DNA of 32,000 nucleotides from Promethearchaeia archaeon (GTDB taxonomy: Archaea; Asgardarchaeota; Lokiarchaeia; Sigyniarchaeales; SOKP01): positions 1 to 32,000 of the forward strand of contig JAWOFX010000080.1 of the NCBI GenBank assembly GCA_046497275.1, given 5' to 3'. Below are positions 9,431-17,292 of this stretch, one piece after another. A model generated the notes under the pieces. The model did no database searches. It worked only from the letters and a program-made list of their open reading frames with translations, and was not told the origin of the DNA. Both the position numbers and the translations under genes were made by a program. Numbering within the stretch: the stretch's first letter is position 1; each line of letters begins with the position of its first letter.

Positions 9431-9604
9431 TTATACTATTGGTTGATCGAAATCGGGTTTATCAGGACCTAATGGTCTTCTTTTAATTTCATATCCACAA
9501 GCTGGACATTTAATCTTCTTTCCAGGCTTTTTTAGATCTGAAAACTTGAACGTATATCCACAAGCTGGACAGGTGATCATTAAATCAGACTTTTTGTTAC
9601 TCAT
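9431..9604 (-). CDS. 57-aa CPxCG double zinc-ribbon microprotein (not in ORF track)
   Basis: Hand translation: MSNKKSDLMITCPACGYTFKFSDLKKPGKKIKCPACGYEIKRRPLGPDKPDFDQPIV*. Two CPACG motifs, a TATA-like element about 26 nt upstream, and an end 15 nt before the PE ATG. Confidence 0.75.
   Translation of the reverse strand: MSNKKSDLMITCPACGYTFKFSDLKKPGKKIKCPACGYEIKRRPLGPDKPDFDQPIV
9491..9571. repeat. Exact 18-bp direct repeat (atatccacaagctggaca) at 9491-9508 and 9554-9571
   Basis: Read directly. Both copies encode CPACGY on the minus strand and are 63 nt apart. Confidence 0.9.
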
Positions 9605-9629
9605 AATTCAATTTTATTATAGATTCAGT

Positions 9630-9647
9630 CTTTATAATGTTTTTTTT
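9630..9647 (-). promoter_or_regulatory. Putative archaeal BRE/TATA promoter for the microprotein-PE operon (probably leaderless)
   Basis: Minus strand reads A-run + CATTATAAAG, with TTATAAAG at 9637-9630, about 26 nt upstream of ATG 9604. Confidence 0.4.
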
Positions 9648-9826
9648 AATAATTTAAAATTTTAATTTAAAGATTATTCCCATTTAATAGTTTTTATATA
9701 GATTTTAATTTAATTTTATCATTGATAACTCTCATTTCATTAAAATATATAATCTATTAACTTAAATATTAAAAATTAATATTAATATCTTTAAAATAGA
9801 AAGAATCCTAAAGAATTAGCAATAAA

Positions 9827-9834
9827 AGGAGGTG
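9827..9834 (+). promoter_or_regulatory. Shine-Dalgarno AGGAGGTG for the BON gene
   Basis: 8-nt match to the anti-SD consensus, 6 nt before GTG 9841. Confidence 0.7.
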
Positions 9835-9840
9835 TAAATT

Positions 9841-10509
9841 GTGAGTATATCTGAGGAAAAAATCAAAAAAGATATTGTAGATCAGCTATATTGGGATTCT
9901 CGAGTTGATGCGTCAGAAGTTGAGGTAGAAGTAGATAGAAGTAAAGTCAAACTAAAAGGAAAAGTACCCAATTACAGCGCCAAAGGAGCAGCTTCAGCTG
10001 ATGCATGGGCTATCAATGGAGTCCAAGAAGTTGATAATTTCATAGACGTTGAATATCCTCCGTCTGTAAGCGTACCTACGGATGAAGAGATTAAGGCTGA
10101 TATTGAAACTTCATATGAACTAAACTTAAGTTTAGACGCTAAGGACATTGATGTTTCTGTTACAGCTGGAATTGTGACCTTGGAAGGATCTGTTGATGCT
10201 TATTGGAAAAAGTCAAGAGCAGAAAGCATTGCCTCTGGAGTATCAGGTGTCCTTGATATAATTAATAAACTAACAATAGTACCTTCTGAAAATTTCATTG
10301 ATAAGGAAATAGCTGAAGATATAATTGGATCCATTAGTCGGAATTTTAATGTTAATGCAGAAAAGGTGGATGTAAAGGTTGAAAAAGGTAAAGTCACCCT
10401 ATCCGGTTCAGTAGCAGATTGGACTGCTTATAGAGGAGTGATGGATGCTGCAGAATTTACTGCTGGTGTAGTTGATATAGATGACAATCTAATCATTGAA
10501 AGCTTATAG
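9841..10509 (+). CDS. Triple BON-domain (OsmY-like) protein without signal peptide
   Basis: Three repeats of the pattern D..I...I ... V.V..G.V.L.G.V ... A...A..V.GV..V.N.L (about aa 3-70, 80-147 and 153-220). Acidic, with no hydrophobic N-terminus. Confidence 0.88.
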   Translation: MSISEEKIKKDIVDQLYWDSRVDASEVEVEVDRSKVKLKGKVPNYSAKGAASADAWAINGVQEVDNFIDVEYPPSVSVPTDEEIKADIETSYELNLSLDAKDIDVSVTAGIVTLEGSVDAYWKKSRAESIASGVSGVLDIINKLTIVPSENFIDKEIAEDIIGSISRNFNVNAEKVDVKVEKGKVTLSGSVADWTAYRGVMDAAEFTAGVVDIDDNLIIESL

Positions 10510-10749
10510 ATCTAAGAAAGGGTATCAATAATTATCTAATAAATAATATAATTTTCTTTTCTTTTTCAAACTTCAATTCTCAGAAATGATTATAAATATT
10601 TTAAAAACCTTTTATTTTTGGTGAGATTTCCAAAGTTTAAAATTTAGTAATAATTTTAATAAATCAACTAATTGTAAGGACAAATATACACCTCAATATG
10701 GCTCCATATCTTCTAATTTCAATTTCAATTATTAATTGGTGAAAAACAA

Positions 10750-11535
10750 ATGTTAGCTGAAAGTTTAGAAGGGATATTAATTCTCATCATAATATTAGGT
10801 TTTTTAGGAGCCTTTTTGGACGGATCATTAGGAATGGGATATGGTTTACTTTCTCCTATATTAATTGCATTAGGATTGGATCCTTTAGTTGTAGTTCCCA
10901 TGCTTCTTCTCTCCCAGATGACAACTGGTTTATCTGTTACCATTTTTCATGTATTATTTAAAAACTTCAATCTAAGTTCAAATGATAAACAAGATTTAAA
11001 ATCTACAATATTATTTGTAATAACTGGGCTTATTGGTATGACTGTTGCTATATTTATAGCCACTCATTTAAGCAAAGAATTTGTTATGTTATATATAGGA
11101 ATAATAATCATAATTGCGGGAATTTTAATGCTTCCCAAAAAACAATTTGATTTTTCCTGGAAAAGAATGTATATTCTTAGTGGAATAGGATCTTTTAATA
11201 AAGCTATTTCTGGTGGAGGTTATGGTCCTGTAATGACAATAGGACAAATAACTTCTGGTCGAGAAGCTAAAGAATCTGTTGCGGTTACAGATTTGTCTGA
11301 AGCGATTCTTTCTGGGTATGGATTCTTTTTATATATTCTTCTTGAAAATTTTAGTGAAAGAGTTCTTCTTACTATAGAATTAGGATTAATAATGATAATC
11401 TCAGGTTTAATTGCAACTCCATTGGGTGCTCTCTTTACAAAAAAACTAGATAAAAAAGTGGCTAAAAAAATCATTGGGTTGTTATCAATTTCAATTGGAA
11501 TTTTTACTATAGTAAGGTTTGGCTTAATAATATGA
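10750..11535 (+). CDS. TauE/SafE (TSUP) family permease, paralogue 1
   Basis: About 8 hydrophobic segments. GAFLDGSLGMGYG and repeat motif KAISGGGYGP; AVTDLSE. Confidence 0.85.
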   Translation: MLAESLEGILILIIILGFLGAFLDGSLGMGYGLLSPILIALGLDPLVVVPMLLLSQMTTGLSVTIFHVLFKNFNLSSNDKQDLKSTILFVITGLIGMTVAIFIATHLSKEFVMLYIGIIIIIAGILMLPKKQFDFSWKRMYILSGIGSFNKAISGGGYGPVMTIGQITSGREAKESVAVTDLSEAILSGYGFFLYILLENFSERVLLTIELGLIMIISGLIATPLGALFTKKLDKKVAKKIIGLLSISIGIFTIVRFGLII

Positions 11536-11725
11536 ATCGAACTAGTACTGGTTTTTTATTAATTCAGAGTTAGAAATTATTCATAAATTATTTAAATTTT
11601 CTGCTTAGATTTTTCAACAATAAATAATCTATAAATTGAAGATTAAAAATTTGATAACTTCTAGTAATAATTATAGAAAATCTATCTATGGCTTTTGAAT
11701 TAAAAAACTGTAATATGTGATTTTT

Positions 11726-13441
11726 ATGAGTCACGTGTCAAATAAAAAAATTGCGAAATATCTTTTTGAAGTAGCAGATCTACTAGATTTAAAAGGAGTA
11801 CAATTCAAACCTAGAGCATATAGAAGAGCGGCTCAGAATATTACAACGTTATCTAAAGATATAAAAACTTATTATGAAAATAATAATTTGCAGGATATTG
11901 AGGGGGTTGGTGAGAGTATTGCTAATAAAGTCAAGGAAATTATTGAAACTGGAGAACTGGAATATCTAAACGATTTAAGAAAGGAATTTCCAAAAGGTTT
12001 GCAAGATATGATGAAGATTGAAGGTTTAGGCCCCAAATCCTTAATAAAATTATATAAAGAGTTAGGAATAGAATCAGTTGATGAACTCGAGTCTGCTGCA
12101 AAAAATAAAGAAATTCGAGATATTGAGGGATTTGGTGAAGTTTCAGAGCAAAACTTTCTTGAAAATATCCAGAGATATAGAGAATATAAAGAACGTTTTT
12201 TACTAGGTTATATATTACCAATAGCGAAAGATATCGAAGAACAATTATCAAATCAAGATGAGGTTAAGAGAATCAATATAGCCGGCTCTATAAGAAGAAA
12301 AAAAGAAACCATTGGTGATGTAGATATTTTAGTGGTATCTTCTGATTCTAATAAAGTGATGGATTATTTTACAAATTTGCCACATGTAGAAAGGATTGTT
12401 TCTAAAGGTTCTACTAAAAGTACAATCATAGTGTCAGAGAATTTGCATATAGATTTAAGAGTAATTGAAGAGGAAAGTTTTGGCTCAGCATTACAATACT
12501 TTACGGGGTCAAAGTCCCATAATATAAAACTCAGAAAAATTGCATTAGATAATAACTGGAAACTCAGTGAATATGGTCTAATTGATAAAGAAAATAATGA
12601 AAAGATTGCAGGAGAAGATGAGGTAGAAATTTATAAAAAATTAGGCTTAGACTTCATTGAACCTGAATTACGAGAAGATAGAGGAGAAATAAAAGCGGCT
12701 CAAGAAGGAAACTTACCCAATTTGATAGAATTAGAGGATATAAAAGGGGATTTACATGTGCATACTAAATGGAGTGAAGGAAGTCACTCTATTGAGGAAA
12801 TGGCAGAGGAGGCAAAGAAATTGGGCTATGAATATTTAGCAATTTGTGATCATGCAAAAGCTTTGCAAATTGCTCAAGGAATGAGTAATGACGAAATCCG
12901 AGAACAACTGAAAGAAATTGAAAAAATCAATAAAAAATTAGAAGATATTACAATTTTATCTGGAATAGAAGCAAACATAGACTCTGAAGGTAAATTAGAC
13001 GTTAGCAATGATATATTAAAGGATTTAGATATCGTTGTTGCTAGTGTACATTCCGGATTTAAAAGTTCTGAAGAAGAAATGACCAATAGAATAATTAATG
13101 CTATGCAAAATGATTATATAAATATTATTGGACACCCTACTGGAAGGTTACTAAATAAAAGAGAATCCTATGACTTAAACCTTACAAAAATCTTCGAAGA
13201 GGCTGAAGAGAAGGGAATTTTTATTGAATTAAATGCGTTTCCAGAACGATTAGATTTAACGGATATTGGTTGTATGAAATCACGAGATTATGATTTATTG
13301 ATTTCCATAGATACGGATTCCCATAGTAAAGATCACTTAAGATATATGGAACTTGGAGTAGCAACTGCTAGAAGAGGATGGTTAGAAAAGAAAAATATGG
13401 CAAATACAATGAGTTTAGAAAGCTTAAGAGAAATTTTATAA
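11726..13441 (+). CDS. polX: DNA polymerase X with C-terminal PHP domain
   Basis: N-terminal lyase/HhH motifs (IEGVGESIA, IEGLGPK). GSIRRKKETIGDVDIL (catalytic DxD), IDLRV and YFTGSKSHN. PHP motifs DLHVHT, DHA, HPTGR and DTDSH. Confidence 0.95.
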   Translation: MSHVSNKKIAKYLFEVADLLDLKGVQFKPRAYRRAAQNITTLSKDIKTYYENNNLQDIEGVGESIANKVKEIIETGELEYLNDLRKEFPKGLQDMMKIEGLGPKSLIKLYKELGIESVDELESAAKNKEIRDIEGFGEVSEQNFLENIQRYREYKERFLLGYILPIAKDIEEQLSNQDEVKRINIAGSIRRKKETIGDVDILVVSSDSNKVMDYFTNLPHVERIVSKGSTKSTIIVSENLHIDLRVIEEESFGSALQYFTGSKSHNIKLRKIALDNNWKLSEYGLIDKENNEKIAGEDEVEIYKKLGLDFIEPELREDRGEIKAAQEGNLPNLIELEDIKGDLHVHTKWSEGSHSIEEMAEEAKKLGYEYLAICDHAKALQIAQGMSNDEIREQLKEIEKINKKLEDITILSGIEANIDSEGKLDVSNDILKDLDIVVASVHSGFKSSEEEMTNRIINAMQNDYINIIGHPTGRLLNKRESYDLNLTKIFEEAEEKGIFIELNAFPERLDLTDIGCMKSRDYDLLISIDTDSHSKDHLRYMELGVATARRGWLEKKNMANTMSLESLREIL

Positions 13442-13633
13442 TGGTTTTTTAAAATCCGTGAACATAATCTTTTAAATATTCAAATTATAATTAGTTTGCT
13501 ATTTATTGAAATTTATTCTGTATTTTTATATCTCTTAGGACTAATAAATTAAATAGATTAAGATTTTTAATCGTTAGTTTTAAAAATTCAAAAATAATAC
13601 AGCAATTAATAACAAAAGAGAAGTAATAAAAAA

Positions 13634-14491
13634 ATGTCACTTAAAAGTCCATATACTGCATTTAGAATAAGAATGGAAAAGATGCTTATTCACGGTTCCA
13701 TCGGAGATAAGGCATTATTCTTAGCAAATGATCATGGCTTAGAACACAAAGCTGATTTCACAATTCCAGAATCCTCCAATCCAGATTATGTCATGACTAT
13801 TGCTGAAAAAGCGGGTATTCCTCTAGTTTTTCATAAGGGTACCTATATAAGATATGCTCACAAACATCCTGATCTTCCAATGGTTTTAAAATTAAATGGT
13901 AAAACGGAAATGTTCTATAATAATAGGGCTCCAAAAGGAGGTCTAGATTGCTCCGTTGAAGAGGCAATAGCGATTTGCCCAAGTTTATGTGCTGTTGGAT
14001 ATAGTTTATATGTTGGAGGTCAAGAAGAAGCAGAACAAATGACCGAATTGGCGGAGATTGTAAGAAATGCTAGGAAGTTTCAAGTACCTTTAATTTTATG
14101 GTCTTATATCAGACAACATGATCCAAGAAAAAAAGAAGAAGAAGGAAAAATGGAAAATGTAAGATATGCCGCAAGGTTTGCATTTGAAATGGGAGCTGAT
14201 TTCGTTAAATTATACTATCCTGAAAATAGAGAAGGTTTGAAAAAAGTCAAGAATTATACTCCAGGAATATATTGTTTGATAGCTGGAGGAGCAAAATTAG
14301 ATACTGTTGAAATAGCATATAAAACAGCATATGAAATCGCTCAAGAACTTGAGGGTATGGCAATAGGAAGAAATATTTTCCAAGACCCAAAACCGGTTAA
14401 TAAGGCATTGGGATATAAAGCAATATTTGAAGGTAAAACTGTGGAACAGGCTTTAGAAATTTATAACCAAGAAAAAATTGAAGTTTTATAA
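13634..14491 (+). CDS. Class I (DhnA/archaeal-type) fructose-bisphosphate aldolase
   Basis: DHGLEH, LKLNGKT, WSYIR (W-x-Y-x-R as in archaeal FBP aldolases), GADFVK (Schiff-base Lys), AGG and IGRNIFQ. Confidence 0.8.
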   Translation: MSLKSPYTAFRIRMEKMLIHGSIGDKALFLANDHGLEHKADFTIPESSNPDYVMTIAEKAGIPLVFHKGTYIRYAHKHPDLPMVLKLNGKTEMFYNNRAPKGGLDCSVEEAIAICPSLCAVGYSLYVGGQEEAEQMTELAEIVRNARKFQVPLILWSYIRQHDPRKKEEEGKMENVRYAARFAFEMGADFVKLYYPENREGLKKVKNYTPGIYCLIAGGAKLDTVEIAYKTAYEIAQELEGMAIGRNIFQDPKPVNKALGYKAIFEGKTVEQALEIYNQEKIEVL

Positions 14492-14493
14492 AA

Positions 14494-14517
14494 TTTTATT
14501 TTATTTTTTTTTTATTT
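14494..14517 (+). terminator. Oligo-T archaeal-type terminator after the aldolase gene
   Basis: T-rich tract including T10 at 14504-14513, right after stop 14491, in a convergent intergenic gap. Confidence 0.5.
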
Positions 14518-14546
14518 AGAACCCTCATAATATCTTCCTATTCTTT

Positions 14547-15314
14547 TTAGGGTTCTTTTATCTTTAAACCTATAGGGCAATGATCTGAACCCTTGATATC
14601 ATCTAAAATATAACTGTCTTCCAATATATCTCTTATTTCATTACTTATAATAAAATAATCAATTCTCCATCCTATGTTTTTTTCCCTTGCATTATATCTG
14701 TATGTCCAATATGTATAATTCCCCCCCTCTTTTTCAAATTCTCGGAAAGTATCAATATATCCTTTATTTAGAAAATTTGAGAACCATTCACGCTCTTCTA
14801 TTGTAAATCCAGCATTTTGCTGATTAGATTCTGGGTTGGCTAAATCGATTTCTTTATGAGCAACATTAAAATCCCCTCCAATGATCAACGCTTTATCTTT
14901 CCGTAATTTTTCATAAAAATTCTGGAATTCTTTATTGAACCATGTTTTAAAATCAAGCCTTTTTAATCCTCTTCCAGCATTAGGAAAATATACATTTAAA
15001 ATATAGAAATTTTCAAACTCTAATGTCATTATGCGTCCCTCCTCATCAATTTGTTCGATACCTAATCCTTTCTGGATTGATAGAGGTTCCTTATTTGACA
15101 AAGTTAATATCCCACTATAACCTTTCTTTTTAGTAGAACTATACCAATAAGCTTCATAATCTTTTAATTCATCTAGTTTCGAATTAACGTTATCCTTAGA
15201 AGATTTTGTCTCTTGAAACAAATATAAATCTGCCTTTTTATTTTCGATGAATTTAAAAAGCCCTTTTTTCAAACTCGCATTAATACCATTTACATTCCAT
15301 GAAATTAATTTCAT
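14547..15314 (-). CDS. xth: Exodeoxyribonuclease III / AP endonuclease
   Basis: ISWNVNG, QETK, GYSG, EGR, NVYFPN, GDFNVAH, DTFR, GWRIDY and SDHCP. ATG 15314 (track start is TTG 15323). Confidence 0.96.
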   Translation of the reverse strand: MKLISWNVNGINASLKKGLFKFIENKKADLYLFQETKSSKDNVNSKLDELKDYEAYWYSSTKKKGYSGILTLSNKEPLSIQKGLGIEQIDEEGRIMTLEFENFYILNVYFPNAGRGLKRLDFKTWFNKEFQNFYEKLRKDKALIIGGDFNVAHKEIDLANPESNQQNAGFTIEEREWFSNFLNKGYIDTFREFEKEGGNYTYWTYRYNAREKNIGWRIDYFIISNEIRDILEDSYILDDIKGSDHCPIGLKIKEP

Positions 15315-15338
15315 AATAATCAATTTCTATATATTTAT

Positions 15339-16118
15339 TTATACGTACCAAAATAGTCTAATTAATGTAAATATTCCTAACCCAATTGAAACATACCCAA
15401 TTACTTTTTTTGCTTTTTTCTTATCTAATCTATCTGCTGTCAATGCTCCTAATGGAGTGGCTATAATAGATGAAATCATTAAAACAATCATTAAATTCAG
15501 TGTTAAATCAAGATTTTGAAATCCTTCAAATAAGAAGTATAATAAGAAACCATACCCTGAAAGGAATGATTCTGAAATCACTGATGTGGCAACTGATTCT
15601 TCATGATCTCTCCCACTAATTACTTGACCTGAAGTTGTAATGGGACCATAACCTCCGCCAGAAATAGCTTTATTAAATGAAGCTAAACCACTGATTATAT
15701 ACATTTTTTTCCAGGAAAACCGAAATCCTAATTCTTTTACCATGATGATTCCTACAACAAGAATCATCACACCAATATAAATATTTATAATCAATTCATT
15801 AAGATTAATGGCTAAAAATATTGCCGCAGTCATTCCTATTATTCCAGCTACAGTAAGAAGAACTGTAATTTTAACATCTCTTTTTTCTTCAGAATCAAGG
15901 TCTACATTACGAAATATTGCATGAAATATAGAACCACTCAAACCAGCACTCATTTGAGCAATAAGAATTACTGGTACTACTATTATCGGTCTAAATCCCA
16001 ATGCTGTTAAGATTGGAGTCAAAGTTCCAAATCCCATTCCGAAGGCATTATCGATAAAACTTGCTATTATACCCAGAATTATAATGATAACTAATATCTC
16101 GACAGATATATTCAACAA
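15339..16118 (-). CDS. TauE/SafE (TSUP) family permease, paralogue 2
   Basis: IDNAFGMGFG and SFNKAISGGGYGP; colinear with paralogue 1. Ends 15-24 nt before the xth start. Confidence 0.85.
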   Translation of the reverse strand: MLNISVEILVIIIILGIIASFIDNAFGMGFGTLTPILTALGFRPIIVVPVILIAQMSAGLSGSIFHAIFRNVDLDSEEKRDVKITVLLTVAGIIGMTAAIFLAINLNELIINIYIGVMILVVGIIMVKELGFRFSWKKMYIISGLASFNKAISGGGYGPITTSGQVISGRDHEESVATSVISESFLSGYGFLLYFLFEGFQNLDLTLNLMIVLMISSIIATPLGALTADRLDKKKAKKVIGYVSIGLGIFTLIRLFWYV

Positions 16119-16226
16119 TTTAATCCCCTTTTTTCTTTTTCTCTTAAATTATACATTTTCTATTATTATATTTGAACAAATTTTGAAAATGGATAGTTGT
16201 TATAGTTTTTATTTCAGATTTACCTC

Positions 16227-16988
16227 CTAAATAATTGAAAAAATCCTCAGTAAAAGCAAGATTCCGATTATTATAGAAGTTATCCCAATAATTATCTTAG
16301 CCTTTCTTTTGTTTAACATATCGGATGTGAGAGAGCCAAAAGGTGTAGATATCATTCCCGTTGTTATGAGAATTATCAACAAATCAACTTCTATAATTAC
16401 ATCATCAAATAATATAAAATAAAGGAGAAACCCGAATCCAGATAAAATTGCTTCCGCTATTGATGTAATTGCTCTCGTCTTCTTATAATCTCCATCTTTC
16501 ATAAATTCTTGATAAGTGGCAAGAGGACCATAACCTGCTGCAGATATTGATTGATTGAATCCACTAATCATGCTTATAAGATAAAATCTCCTTGCCGTGA
16601 ATTTAAGCTTTTTCTTCGTGAGAGTTATTACCCCTACAAAAATAATCATTATTGCCACATATAGCAAGATAAATGTTTCTAACAATAGATATACAAGAAT
16701 AATTGCAAAGATCATGCCTAACATGCCTGTAATGATATAAAAAATATTTAGTTTTGCTTCTTGTTCCTGTTTGACATAAGGAACATTTCTATATATTGAA
16801 AAATAAATTGTCTTGGTAAAACCAGCGAATAGTTGTGAGAATAAGAGAGTTGAAACCACAACTTTAGGATCAAGTCCCAGCAAAATCAAAGCGGGTGTTG
16901 CTAACCCATAACCCATTTTAAATGCACTATCAATGAAACTTGCACTCATTCCAATAATAAAAACTAAAATCCATAATAGAGTATCCAT
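16227..16988 (-). CDS. TauE/SafE (TSUP) family permease, paralogue 3 (more diverged)
   Basis: IDSAFKMGYG and GFNQSISAAGYGP; same length and hydrophobicity pattern as the other two. Confidence 0.78.
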   Translation of the reverse strand: MDTLLWILVFIIGMSASFIDSAFKMGYGLATPALILLGLDPKVVVSTLLFSQLFAGFTKTIYFSIYRNVPYVKQEQEAKLNIFYIITGMLGMIFAIILVYLLLETFILLYVAIMIIFVGVITLTKKKLKFTARRFYLISMISGFNQSISAAGYGPLATYQEFMKDGDYKKTRAITSIAEAILSGFGFLLYFILFDDVIIEVDLLIILITTGMISTPFGSLTSDMLNKRKAKIIIGITSIIIGILLLLRIFSII

Positions 16989-17292
16989 ACTTTGATTGTA
17001 CTCAATATTAAAACTTAATAAATCTTATACTTTAAAAGTATTAATGAAATAATCAAGACATAAATCCCCTTGAAATAGCAATTTTGCCTTCTTAATTTTT
17101 ATATCAGATTATTATAAAAATAGGAATTTTTTAAAATAGCATTATAATAATCAAAAAATTTAGAATTTTGTTAGAAATAATTTCTATTGATGATTATATA
17201 CTATTCCTTAAGTTTTTGGAAATGCTACTGGATTTATAACTTATTAAAAGAAATTATAAAATATTCTTTTAAATATCTTTTAATGAATAATC

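Noticed and set aside
9431-9604. Microprotein as LysW or RNA polymerase subunit P
   Set aside because: It lacks the LysW C-terminal EDWGE and the RpoP RIL.K.R pattern.
9765-9783. Palindrome aatattaa-aaa-ttaatatt upstream of the BON gene
   Set aside because: It is pure A/T in a very AT-rich intergenic region, and no second copy was found, so it cannot be distinguished from background.
14518-14556. 8-bp inverted repeat agaaccct/agggttct
   Set aside because: It has a 23-nt loop, one arm lies in the xth coding end, and the length is compatible with chance.
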